A stretch of DNA of 64,000 nucleotides from a virus, in IMG/VR virus record IMGVR_UViG_3300050016_000171, positions 38,830-102,829 of that record. One strand, 5' to 3'. The number at the start of each line of letters is the position of its first letter. Within the stretch, counting starts at the first letter, position 1. A program made the position numbers and the translations under genes. The notes under the pieces were generated by a model that worked only from the letters and a program-made list of their open reading frames with translations, did no database searches and was not told the origin of the DNA. Of the stretch, positions 50,462 through 59,377 are shown in pieces.

Positions 50462-50850
50462 CGGGGCTTACCGAAAGGTGGCCCCACCATATTGAGTTTT
50501 CACGCGAGACCGTACTCAGTCGGAAAGTCCGTATTGTTCGTCACCTTCGCCGTGATTTTGTAAGCCCCGATGCGACCGCTGCAACAGGTAATGTGTTGCA
50601 TGTTCTCGGGGTATTGATAGTGCGTGGGTTCGATCCCCACTTCGACCGAACAGGCGCGCCCTACGGGCATCCCGCCCCACTACGTCGTGTAGATCAGTGG
50701 TAGAGCATGCGGCCTGCCAACACCCTGTGTGCAAACGAATGGGTCGGAGCCGCCAAGTTTCATTCGGAAGGGACAGAGTGGTGAGAGCCCCTGACGAAGA
50801 CGCACCATGTGCCCGGGAAACTGGGGGACGGTCGTGCACCTCCCCGAATG
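50462..50850 (+). ncRNA. candidate ~390-nt structured RNA containing a circularly permuted tRNA-like module
   Basis: T arm (50624-50640) lies upstream of the D arm (50689-50706); long helices 50462-50471/50560-50569 and 50761-50767/50844-50850. Confidence 0.55.
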
Positions 50851-51184
50851 AGAGATTATGATTCGACATCGCCCCCCTGCGGAGAACACAATGCGGTCAA
50901 GTCCTCCCAAGAACATCTATTGGGAGCTGACTAAGGCCGGAGAGCCCTGTCCCTATTGCGGTCGCCTCCACGACGAGGCCGGTCGCCAACTGGACGAAAG
51001 AGGCAAGTTGATGGTTCAGCCCGCGCGCCAAGATGGAGACGTCAAGTTCGTGAAGCCCTGTCCGCGGTCTTCGCTGAAACAGGCCCAGATCCGTAACGCC
51101 CCGCCCTTGAAAGTGAATCGCATGCTGGGGACCGAGAGAGAACGATTGTCGCGAGTCGGTAAATAGTTGCCGAAAGGAGTATCC

Positions 51185-51670
51185 ATGTTGAGGAGTCGTG
51201 ATCGCTTGGATATGAAGAAGGACGAAAAGCAGGACGAGTTGGAGCGAATAGAAAAACTCGAAAAGCAAGTCCATCTGATCGAAGAATACGAATTGAAGAA
51301 GTCACGGGGGATGCTAGTAGCACGATCCGTGATTCTGACCATAGGAGACAAAGACATGCCAGCAACCATTCTCGTAGGCGGAAACGGCGCGAAGGCCGTC
51401 TTCACTGAGTTCACAGGACTCAACGGAACAGGAAACGTGATCGCGCCGATCTTGGCGCCAGTGTTCTCATCCAGCGATACGACTATCGCAACCGTGGATC
51501 AGAGCGGCAATATTACCGCTGTGGCTCCCGGAGCAGCAGTTATCTCTGCCATAGACAGTGGCAACAATCTTAGCGCGTCGGATACGGTTACTGTTAACGC
51601 AGCCGCACCACCGCCTCCCCCGCCGCCAGTCGCACAGTCGGCCACAATGGTTGTGACTGCCGTCGCGTGA
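51185..51670 (+). CDS. Ig-like (Big_2) domain protein with a second in-frame start at 51356
   Basis: FSSSDTTIATVDQSGNITAVAPG.A.ISA Big_2 signature; AAGGAG-ATG at 51185 and AGGAG-ATG at 51356. Confidence 0.8.
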   Translation: MLRSRDRLDMKKDEKQDELERIEKLEKQVHLIEEYELKKSRGMLVARSVILTIGDKDMPATILVGGNGAKAVFTEFTGLNGTGNVIAPILAPVFSSSDTTIATVDQSGNITAVAPGAAVISAIDSGNNLSASDTVTVNAAAPPPPPPPVAQSATMVVTAVA

Positions 51671-52742
51671 CTGCAAAAAGCTGTCAAGTCCGTGTTCGGT
51701 TAGATTCACCTACGGAGGTGACTGATGAACGAAGTGAACCGGCTATAAGCCGTTGATACACGCAAGCATCTGGTGAAAGCCGACCTACTAGGCTTGACGG
51801 GCCCGGAGAGACGGGCGCTTATTTTAGGAGCCACCATGAAGGTCAAGAATTCGCAGGAGGCCGTTGAGGCCATGAAGAAAACCGCGCCGGAAGCAATCGA
51901 CGCTGCGGATATGATGGATGGTGCTCCCAACGCGGGCACGCGTTCGACAGGCAAGTCCGTCGAGCCCGGCCCGTTCAAGTACCGCTTCTCGACCGACACC
52001 GCGGTAACAGAGGCCAAGGCCGACGCAGGCGCGCACAAGCGCGCGGTCGAATTGCAGGAAGGCCAGAACCTCAGTAAACTGGGCAAGGACACGCCCCCGG
52101 GCGGCGATTTGGAAGAGCCGGGCAAGGGCGAGAAGTTCGAGTCCACGCGAATTGGATAATTGCGAGGCGCTATGATCGCATCCCTGTTCGGTTACGCATT
52201 TTCGCTTTGGATCATAGTCTACGCGTGGGGAATTGTCGCGTGGCAGAAGTTGTTCCCAAGACGCAACAAGCCGTGTTCCCGACCGCGATGTGGTTGTGGA
52301 GAAAGTTTCAAGAGGAAGCAATGAATCAGAAACAGCGTATCGAAGAGTTGGAAAGGGAAGTGAAGGAACTCCGGCGTCAACTTTTGGATCTGTCCTTGCG
52401 GCAGCCTCAGGCTATTCCGATCTACATCCCGAATCCGGCTCCCGCACCAGCGGCTCCGTATCCGTGGACGCCGAACTACCCCATGATCACTTGTGGGATG
52501 AACACCACTATGGACCAGAGAACACGTTCGAATTTGCAGTAAGAGATTTGCCGAGGTCAAGATGGTGAGATCAACGTCGCGGTCTACGTCTCACTGATGA
52601 ACCCTCCCACGAAACGCCGGGCCACTTCCAAGCGTACCCGGGGCGATATGAATGGCCGCACCATTTGAGGAGTAACATGAAAGCATTCACACTCGGACAG
52701 CAGCCGCAGCATCCACAAGATGCGCAGCCAGTCCAAACGAGT

Positions 52743-52816
52743 GTGACGGTAGCTCAACGGCAGAGCACGCGATTGTGAATCGCGGTACGAGGGACCAACA
52801 CCCTCCCGTCACCCCA
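52743..52816 (+). tRNA. tRNA-His(GTG), atypical
   Basis: Perfect stems, C73 and CCA; T-loop ACCAACA; T rather than G at position -1. Confidence 0.85.
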
Positions 52817-52818
52817 CT

Positions 52819-52897
52819 AGGGTGATAGAGGAGTCTGGTTGTCCTCGCCTCTCTCGGACAGAGGAGAACGGTGGTTCAAATCCACCTCACCCTACCA
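52819..52897 (+). tRNA. tRNA-Pro(CGG), atypical
   Basis: CCTCT-CTCGGAC-AGAGG anticodon arm, A73 and CCA; A37 and an A1:U72 pair. Confidence 0.85.
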
Positions 52898-52906
52898 ATT
52901 TTTTCT

Positions 52907-52982
52907 TGGCAGGTAGTGTAATCCGGTAGCACAGTTGGCTCTGAACCAACGAGTCTGGGTTCGAATCCTAGCCCGCCAACCA
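52907..52982 (+). tRNA. tRNA-Gln(CTG)
   Basis: U1:A72 pair, GTTGG-CTCTGAA-CCAAC arm, CCA. Confidence 0.92.
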
Positions 52983-52989
52983 CATCGAT

Positions 52990-53063
52990 AGGCTGGTAAG
53001 CTTAATGCAAACTGCCCGGCTCCAACCCGGGACTTGGGAGTTCAAGTCTCTCCCGGCCTGCCA
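52990..53063 (+). tRNA. tRNA-Trp(CCA)
   Basis: CCCGG-CTCCAAC-CCGGG arm, G73 and CCA; D loop lacks GG. Confidence 0.88.
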
Positions 53064-53101
53064 TTTGAGAAGTACAATCGCACCACACGAAAGGAAACAC
53101 A

Positions 53102-53422
53102 ATGAGCAAGGCATCAAGCAAGACGGCAAAAAAGTCGTACCCGCGTCCTCTCCAAGACCGCGTGCTCGTTTCACCCGTTCAAGATGACGAGAAGACGGCC
53201 AGTGGGTTGTTCATCCCGGAGTCGGCAAAAGAAAAACCGCAGATGGGCAAAGTGTTGGCTGTCGGCAACGGTGCAATCGACCCCGTTACCTTCAAGCGCA
53301 TTCCGATGGAAGTCATCGTCGGAGATCAAATCCTGTTCGGGAAGTACAGCGGCAACGACATCAAACTTGATGGCGTTGAGATGCTGATTTTGAAAGAGAA
53401 TGAAATTCTCGCAGTCATCTAA
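53102..53422 (+). CDS. groES: co-chaperonin GroES
   Basis: RPLQDRVLV, KTASGLFIPESAKEKPQ.G.V.AVG.G, GD.ILFGKYSG. Confidence 0.96.
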   Translation: MSKASSKTAKKSYPRPLQDRVLVSPVQDDEKTASGLFIPESAKEKPQMGKVLAVGNGAIDPVTFKRIPMEVIVGDQILFGKYSGNDIKLDGVEMLILKENEILAVI

Positions 53423-53772
53423 AAGGAGACCACAATGTTTATCGTAATCGCAGGAGTAATTGCTGGGTTGGCAGGCATCGGCGTGTACGCGACCTTGAAG
53501 GGCGTGTTCGGAGCAGTTGCCGAAGCTTGGGCGAAGTCCGAGGAAGTCAAGGTGAAGGCTGAGATCGCAAAGTTGAAGCTCGATGTCACGACCGAAGTTT
53601 CGAAGGTCGAGACTACAGCTTCCGCCGATCTGACCGCATTCGTCGCCAAGATCAAGTCGCTTCTGTAATTGAAACTCTGCGGGGCCGGTCCGGCGCGAAG
53701 GGCCCCCTTCATGCGGTGGTGCACACCACGCAGAATATCGCCGGGCACTTATAGAACCACAGGAGATTCAGC

Positions 53773-54813
53773 ATGTCAGCAACGATAACGAAAGGAACGC
53801 AGGCCGATTGGGGTCGTCTCTTCTTGACTCCGGGCTCGATTCCCGCACTCGCCTCTTTACCAAATCCTCTCGGGCTGGACCTCCTGCAAATCATAGATGA
53901 AGGCGGCGACATCGTTGTTAACGTCAACAAGTTGGGTGTTGTCACGCTGTTTCCGTCCAACGGTGCTGGCGGCGGTGGCTCAAGCGTTGCTTCCAAATTG
54001 GGCGCGGCTGCAAATTACACGATACTCGCGGCGGCAGGCATCACCAACGCTACCCCGGGCACTGTGATCAAAGGCGGGAACATCGGATCATTTCCGACAC
54101 CATCGATTACCGGCTTTCCTCCGGGCGTAGTCACAGCTCCGTACTCCATCGATAACACCGACGCAGCAGCGGCGCAGGCCGCGGCTTTAATCGCGTACAA
54201 TTATTACACTGGTCTGTCTTTCACATCCTTGGGCGGATCAATCAACTTGAGCACTGCCTTCTCGGGTGGGAATGTCGTCACCCCGGGCAACTACAGTTTC
54301 GGTGCTGCGCTCATGACGACAGGTCTCGTCCTGAACGGCGCCGGTCTGTATGTGTTCAAGGGATCATCGACCATCAACTTGGCCTCAGGCCAAGCAGTGA
54401 CGTTCGAGAACGGCGCGGACCCCTCTAACGTGGTTTGGTTGGTCGGCAGTTCGTTCACTTCCGTTGCCACTTCCACGATGGGCGGAAACATTCTCGCCAA
54501 CACCTCCATCACGCTGGGCGGCGGTGTCTTGGCCGGTCGCGCGCTGGCTGGTATCGTTACGTCGAGCGGCGCAGTTACTATCGCGGCGGCTACGACTGCT
54601 ACTTCACCGGGCAACGGCAGCGGCACCACGAAGCAGGTTCTGTTCGGTAAGTACTACACCCGTTTGGGTCAGGGTCTTACCAACACACTCGCGGGCTATT
54701 TCGCCGACGTGTTCTCGGAAAACGCACAGTTGCAGGACATTCTTCAAGTGACGGTTCAGGGCGGCAAGGCTGTGTACCACCTCGATCACCTCGGGGTCGC
54801 GTACTACTCCTAA
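53773..54813 (+). CDS. DUF3494 ice-binding (IBP-1 fold) domain protein
   Basis: LG.A.NY.ILA...ITN, G.IG..P..SITGFPPG, A..AQ.....AYN, PG.Y, F.NGA..SNV.W.VGSS, GNILA.TSITL..G...GRALA. Confidence 0.9.
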   Translation: MSATITKGTQADWGRLFLTPGSIPALASLPNPLGLDLLQIIDEGGDIVVNVNKLGVVTLFPSNGAGGGGSSVASKLGAAANYTILAAAGITNATPGTVIKGGNIGSFPTPSITGFPPGVVTAPYSIDNTDAAAAQAAALIAYNYYTGLSFTSLGGSINLSTAFSGGNVVTPGNYSFGAALMTTGLVLNGAGLYVFKGSSTINLASGQAVTFENGADPSNVVWLVGSSFTSVATSTMGGNILANTSITLGGGVLAGRALAGIVTSSGAVTIAAATTATSPGNGSGTTKQVLFGKYYTRLGQGLTNTLAGYFADVFSENAQLQDILQVTVQGGKAVYHLDHLGVAYYS

Positions 54814-54821
54814 GGAGCACC

Positions 54822-55166
54822 ATGGTCACCTTCATCGTTTTGGCGGCAGCGACCGCTTTGGGAACTACTGGTCAATTTCTTGACGCATACACCACATACA
54901 TTGGCGTGGACGTCAAGAAGATCGCAGTGGAAACAAACTCCTCGGCAACGTGGCTTGTTGCTCATCCTGCACTTAACTTCATCGTGAAAACAGGTGGCCC
55001 GCTTCTGGCAGGGTGTTTGGGTTTGTTCGCTGCACCCCACATAGCTCCTGATCACACTGGCCTCATGATTCTTCAAGTGATGATTGCCGGGACGCAGGTA
55101 GCGATGGGCGTCACCGGGCTGTTGGCGGCTAAGGGCAACAACGCGATTAACAACGCAAAGAAATAA
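54822..55166 (+). CDS. membrane protein (DUF5658-like)
   Basis: D..TT..G......E.N motif with several TM helices. Confidence 0.5.
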   Translation: MVTFIVLAAATALGTTGQFLDAYTTYIGVDVKKIAVETNSSATWLVAHPALNFIVKTGGPLLAGCLGLFAAPHIAPDHTGLMILQVMIAGTQVAMGVTGLLAAKGNNAINNAKK

Positions 55167-55174
55167 GGAGCATC

Positions 55175-55615
55175 ATGGCAACCGGAAAAGGAAACACCAA
55201 CAGCATCTTGTTCCTTGAAGCAATCTTTCAAGCAACGTTCTCAGAGATCGCTAGCTTGCTCGCGAACGCGGGCAGCCCGCTGACTAACTTGTACGTCAGC
55301 TTGCATACTGCGAACCCGGGCGCTACCGGCAACCAGACCACGAGCGAAGCGGCCTACACGAGTTATTCCCGCGTGCCAGTCGCGCGCACGTCCGGCGGCT
55401 GGGCAATTACGGGCGAGACGATTTCGAACGTCGCCGCGGTGACTTTCCCGGCAGCAACAGGCGGCAGCGAATCAGAAACGTACGCCGCTATCGGAACCCT
55501 CGCGTCCGGCACGGGCAACCTGCTTTGGTTCGGAGCCTTGACTACGCCTTTGGCGGTTAGTTCGGGGATAACTCCGAGCTTCGCCATCGGCGCGCTGACG
55601 ATTACAGAATCCTAA
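55175..55615 (+). CDS. virion tail-associated protein
   Basis: LYVSLHTA.PG....TSE..Y..Y.RV.V, N...VTFP..TG, G.L.....V..G....FA.G.L; widespread tail-fibre-associated family. Confidence 0.75.
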   Translation: MATGKGNTNSILFLEAIFQATFSEIASLLANAGSPLTNLYVSLHTANPGATGNQTTSEAAYTSYSRVPVARTSGGWAITGETISNVAAVTFPAATGGSESETYAAIGTLASGTGNLLWFGALTTPLAVSSGITPSFAIGALTITES

Positions 55616-55624
55616 GGAGCGCCC

Positions 55625-57271
55625 ATGAGTATTTTCGGGACTCCTCTTGTAAGTTTTACGGGTGGCTCAGCTTTCTCACCTGTGACTTCGAACGCTATCA
55701 ACGTTCCTTCGGGTGCGATGATTTGCTTTCTTGCTGTCGCGCCTACTGTTGATACACCCGTCGTCGTCACGGACTCAAGTTCGAACGTGTACGCGTCAAC
55801 TACGTTGATATCGGACGGGACTGACGACTATCAGTTCGGTTACACTTTCGGCGCGCCCGCAAACGCCGCGCTAGTTGTTACGGCGAATTGGCAGCCAAAT
55901 TCCGGTACAGCACTTCTGTATGTCTGGGTCGTTCCCATCACGGGCGGCACGCCTATATTCGACGTGCTATTCCTAGAGGGGGCGCTGGTTTCGGCAGGTC
56001 TCAGCAATACCGCCTCGGCAAACACGTCGGGCACAGACGAAATAGCGTTCTGCGGCATATATGATCGGAATGGAGTTGGCGGGTGGAGCGCGACACCGCC
56101 GATGATCCTTGAGACTTCATCCTTTCAAAACGTTCGTCAAGCAGGGGCCTATACAACGTACAGCTCGCCGCAGACGGGCGCAGTTCTCGGCATATCGACT
56201 GCAGGTTCCCCAGCCGGAGGGATTGTTGGCGTCGCGTTCAAGGCAGGAGCATCGCTCTCGAATATTGTGGCAGCGATGGCCGGGGCCGGATCTCTTAGCG
56301 GAACACTTTCCGGTACCGGATCTTTAGCCGCAGTTCTTGCAGGACATGGCTCGGTTGTTGCAAACCTCACTACATTTATCAGTCCGAACCTCGTTGCCGC
56401 AATGGCTGGAACGGGTTCGCTCTCGGCCACACTATCCGCTTCGGCCTCTTTGGCCGCAGCTATGGCGGGGCAGGGTTCTCTTATCGGAAATTTGACGGGC
56501 GAGGTTGTGGTGTCGCTTGCGTGCGCCATGGCAGGTCGTGGCAGCATGGGTGTGTTCTCGTCGAACCCGGTGGGGAGTCAGCCGTCTCCGTACATCTTGA
56601 GAGAGTTCGGAGTCACGTTATCGAATCCTGCGTATCTGGACACGAACTCCAATACGTTGCAGTTGTTTCACCAGCCAAGTTTTCTCCCCAATGTGAATGC
56701 GGGCTCTGTGCTGCCGCCACGTTGGTCAACTCCGGGAACCCCGGACAACCAAGGTTTTCAGGGACGCGTGCAGGCGCCGGGCGAACTCTTAGTCGCGCCC
56801 GACAACCTTCGCCTCTCAGGCAAGGTTTACACAGTGACCGCGCAGGGAATGGTTTTCATTCCTGCCTCTGCGGTTAGTCCGACTGTCAATATCATTCTGT
56901 CACAGAACTATTTTGGCTTCGGTCAGGCGCAGGTTATCGACACCCTGTTTACTTTGGTGAGCCCCACGGCTCTGGTGCCGGGTACAATGAATAGTTGGAC
57001 GCTGATTGCTACGCTCGCCGGAAACGGCGTGGGTACGCCGGTCGTTAGTTGCGCTGGCCGCTTGTGGATTGGCGGGACGCAGTACTACGGAAGCGGATAC
57101 TCAATCAATCCGCCCCAGACTATTTCGGGCCATTCGCGCCCGAGTCGTCACCGAGAGCCCATCATACAGTTGAGTTTGGGTGTGCAGTTCGGCGGGACCA
57201 TCAGCGGGCCGGATTTATTCCAAGCCTACTTGACCAAGTTCGAAATGAGTTACAACAAGGGCAATTTCTAG
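55625..57271 (+). CDS. putative virion fibre/receptor-binding protein
   Basis: S/T/G/A-rich beta protein with five AAMAGxGSL-type repeats. Confidence 0.65.
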   Translation: MSIFGTPLVSFTGGSAFSPVTSNAINVPSGAMICFLAVAPTVDTPVVVTDSSSNVYASTTLISDGTDDYQFGYTFGAPANAALVVTANWQPNSGTALLYVWVVPITGGTPIFDVLFLEGALVSAGLSNTASANTSGTDEIAFCGIYDRNGVGGWSATPPMILETSSFQNVRQAGAYTTYSSPQTGAVLGISTAGSPAGGIVGVAFKAGASLSNIVAAMAGAGSLSGTLSGTGSLAAVLAGHGSVVANLTTFISPNLVAAMAGTGSLSATLSASASLAAAMAGQGSLIGNLTGEVVVSLACAMAGRGSMGVFSSNPVGSQPSPYILREFGVTLSNPAYLDTNSNTLQLFHQPSFLPNVNAGSVLPPRWSTPGTPDNQGFQGRVQAPGELLVAPDNLRLSGKVYTVTAQGMVFIPASAVSPTVNIILSQNYFGFGQAQVIDTLFTLVSPTALVPGTMNSWTLIATLAGNGVGTPVVSCAGRLWIGGTQYYGSGYSINPPQTISGHSRPSRHREPIIQLSLGVQFGGTISGPDLFQAYLTKFEMSYNKGNF

Positions 57272-57279
57272 GAGTCCTT

Positions 57280-57939
57280 ATGAGACTTCTTCTGGCAGTG
57301 AAGTCGTGTCAGCGCGATTTAGAAAGAGGCAGTCACGAAACCATCAGGCAAACGTGGGGTCGTGATGTGCGAGACGCTGATTTACGTTTCTTCATTGGCC
57401 GGGGCACGCCATCGAAAACAGACGAAGTGTCTGTAGACGCGCCAGACGATTATGATTCGTTGCCGCAGAAGACACGCGAGATTTTGCGGTGGTCGGTAGC
57501 CGCCGCATACGAGTTCACGTTTCTTTGCGACACCGACACCTTCATCATCCCACGGGGGTTGATGGCTTGTGGATTTGAGTCCCATGATGTGGCCGGTAAG
57601 TTTTGTGTAGGCCATCCGGTGGGAAGCCTGCCTTTCGATTACAAGGATGAGCGCGGGGAGTATCGTGGAGTTTATTCGTGGCCCTCTGGCGGTAGAGGCT
57701 ATTTCGTCTCAGCCAAAGCAGCTCGCGTTATCGTCGATACCGAACCGCACGTCTGGGCAGAAGACATGTACGTGGGCCAAGTACTGGGTCCGTGGATTCA
57801 AGGCGGCGTGATCCGTGCCGCGGATCTGATAGATTTTGTCGGGCACATCTCTTGGCACTATCCCCGAAGTCATTTCGTAGTTGACTATCTTGCGGGTTGG
57901 ATGAAAGCCATGCAGTCATTGCACGGGGCTACCAAATGA
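57280..57939 (+). CDS. GT31/Fringe-like galactosyltransferase
   Basis: R.TWG, DDY.SLP.KT, CDTDT (DxD), SGG.GY..S, EDMYVG. Confidence 0.85.
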   Translation: MRLLLAVKSCQRDLERGSHETIRQTWGRDVRDADLRFFIGRGTPSKTDEVSVDAPDDYDSLPQKTREILRWSVAAAYEFTFLCDTDTFIIPRGLMACGFESHDVAGKFCVGHPVGSLPFDYKDERGEYRGVYSWPSGGRGYFVSAKAARVIVDTEPHVWAEDMYVGQVLGPWIQGGVIRAADLIDFVGHISWHYPRSHFVVDYLAGWMKAMQSLHGATK

Positions 57940-58718
57940 TCGTCGTCAAGCTTTTAGGCGGGATGGGCAATCAGCTCTTCCAGAGAGCGTACGGTTTCGC
58001 ATTGGAGAGCCACGGCTTCGAAGTTGCTTTCGATAGATCTGAACTTATCGAGGGCACGCATCGCGAGTATTCACTCGAAGAGTATTTCGATCTCCAGTTC
58101 AGAGACAACTCAACGAACCAGCCCCTGTATGAGAAGAGTTTGAGGTTCGACTCCCAGATGTTGGAGCCGCCCTATGACCGCACTATGGTGGGGTACTGGC
58201 AATCCGAAAAGTACTTTGAGGCTCAATCGTACAGCATTCGAAAGCGATTCAACTCTCATTGGATGTTCAAGCCTCTTCAGCCCTACACGAAATCAATAAG
58301 TACCGAGATATTGAAACAGAACAGTGTGTTCATTCACGTCCGTCGTCAGGACTATGTGGGTCTACAACATTTTCACGGGATGCCGGGACTCGACTACTAC
58401 GCCGGGGCCGTGGATACGATTCGTGACCAACACATCAACCCCAAGTTCTTTGTCTTCTCCGACGACACGGACTGGTGTAAAGAGCATTTCCCGTCTGACT
58501 TCCGCATCGTGGAAGGCACGGACAAGCACGAAGACTTGAGGCTCATGGCCTCCTGCAAGCATGCCATTGTTGCCAACTCCTCTTTCTCTTGGTGGGGCGC
58601 GTGGATCGGCGACGATCAAGCGGGCAGAACGGTGATCGCACCCCGTCGTTGGTTTGCTGTTGAGAAAGACAAAGCGGACGACACGGATATCGTCCCAGAA
58701 AGATGGCTTAGGATATGA
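57936..58718 (+). CDS. GT11 alpha-1,2-fucosyl/colitosyltransferase
   Basis: GGMGNQLFQ, GYWQSEKYF, HVRRQDY, FSDD..W, M..CKH.I.ANSSFSWWGAW. Confidence 0.93.
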   Translation: MIVVKLLGGMGNQLFQRAYGFALESHGFEVAFDRSELIEGTHREYSLEEYFDLQFRDNSTNQPLYEKSLRFDSQMLEPPYDRTMVGYWQSEKYFEAQSYSIRKRFNSHWMFKPLQPYTKSISTEILKQNSVFIHVRRQDYVGLQHFHGMPGLDYYAGAVDTIRDQHINPKFFVFSDDTDWCKEHFPSDFRIVEGTDKHEDLRLMASCKHAIVANSSFSWWGAWIGDDQAGRTVIAPRRWFAVEKDKADDTDIVPERWLRI

Positions 58719-59377
58719 AGTTCGAAGCATTCGTTCCAGACTGGCCCGGCCCCAAACAGCATGCGCAAGAGGTTGCAAATAGAATCATTCCGCACTGTGG
58801 GGTAACGGTTCTGGACGATCCCTCCGACTACTTCAACGCGCAGTGGAAGAAGGCGCGCGCGCAGTTCACCGGTGATGTTCTCCTGTGGGTTATGGCTGAT
58901 GTCACGCTGCCCGTTGATTTCGAAACAATGTTTTCAGAGATGGAGAGAATTTTCTCTCGCTGGGATGTGGGTTGGTATGCCCCGGATATCGCGTGGACGA
59001 GCTACATCTATAATCTTACTGATCTGAAACTTGTTGAGCCCTGCGTCTACGAAGTTCCCAACACTGATTCTTTGTGCATCGCGATTCGCGGAGATGTTGT
59101 ACGACGGATGCCGCGCATAGACCCCCAAGTATCTTTCATGTGGGGTATGGACTTCATCGCCATCGCCACCGCGCGACTTATGGGATTGAAGGTGGTTCGA
59201 GACTATCGGTTCAAGGCCTATCACCCAAACAGTACAGGCTACGACATCCCTCGCGCGTCGAGTGAGATGGCCGCGGTTATCGCTGCTTGCCCTCCGGCGC
59301 ATCAAGAAGAGATTGGACGTTTGCTGGCTGAGGATAATTACCTCAAGAAAAGAGCCCGAGATGAATCTCAGGGATAA
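58715..59377 (+). CDS. putative GT-A fold glycosyltransferase
   Basis: ADV and WG.D motifs; position within the glycosylation operon. Confidence 0.5.
   Translation: MKFEAFVPDWPGPKQHAQEVANRIIPHCGVTVLDDPSDYFNAQWKKARAQFTGDVLLWVMADVTLPVDFETMFSEMERIFSRWDVGWYAPDIAWTSYIYNLTDLKLVEPCVYEVPNTDSLCIAIRGDVVRRMPRIDPQVSFMWGMDFIAIATARLMGLKVVRDYRFKAYHPNSTGYDIPRASSEMAAVIAACPPAHQEEIGRLLAEDNYLKKRARDESQG

Noticed and set aside
50520-50850. RNase P RNA or tmRNA
   Set aside because: GGAAAGTCC and GCAACAG resemble RNase P motifs, but no 3' CR-V/P4 partner was found; there is no G3:U70 Ala acceptor or tag frame for tmRNA.
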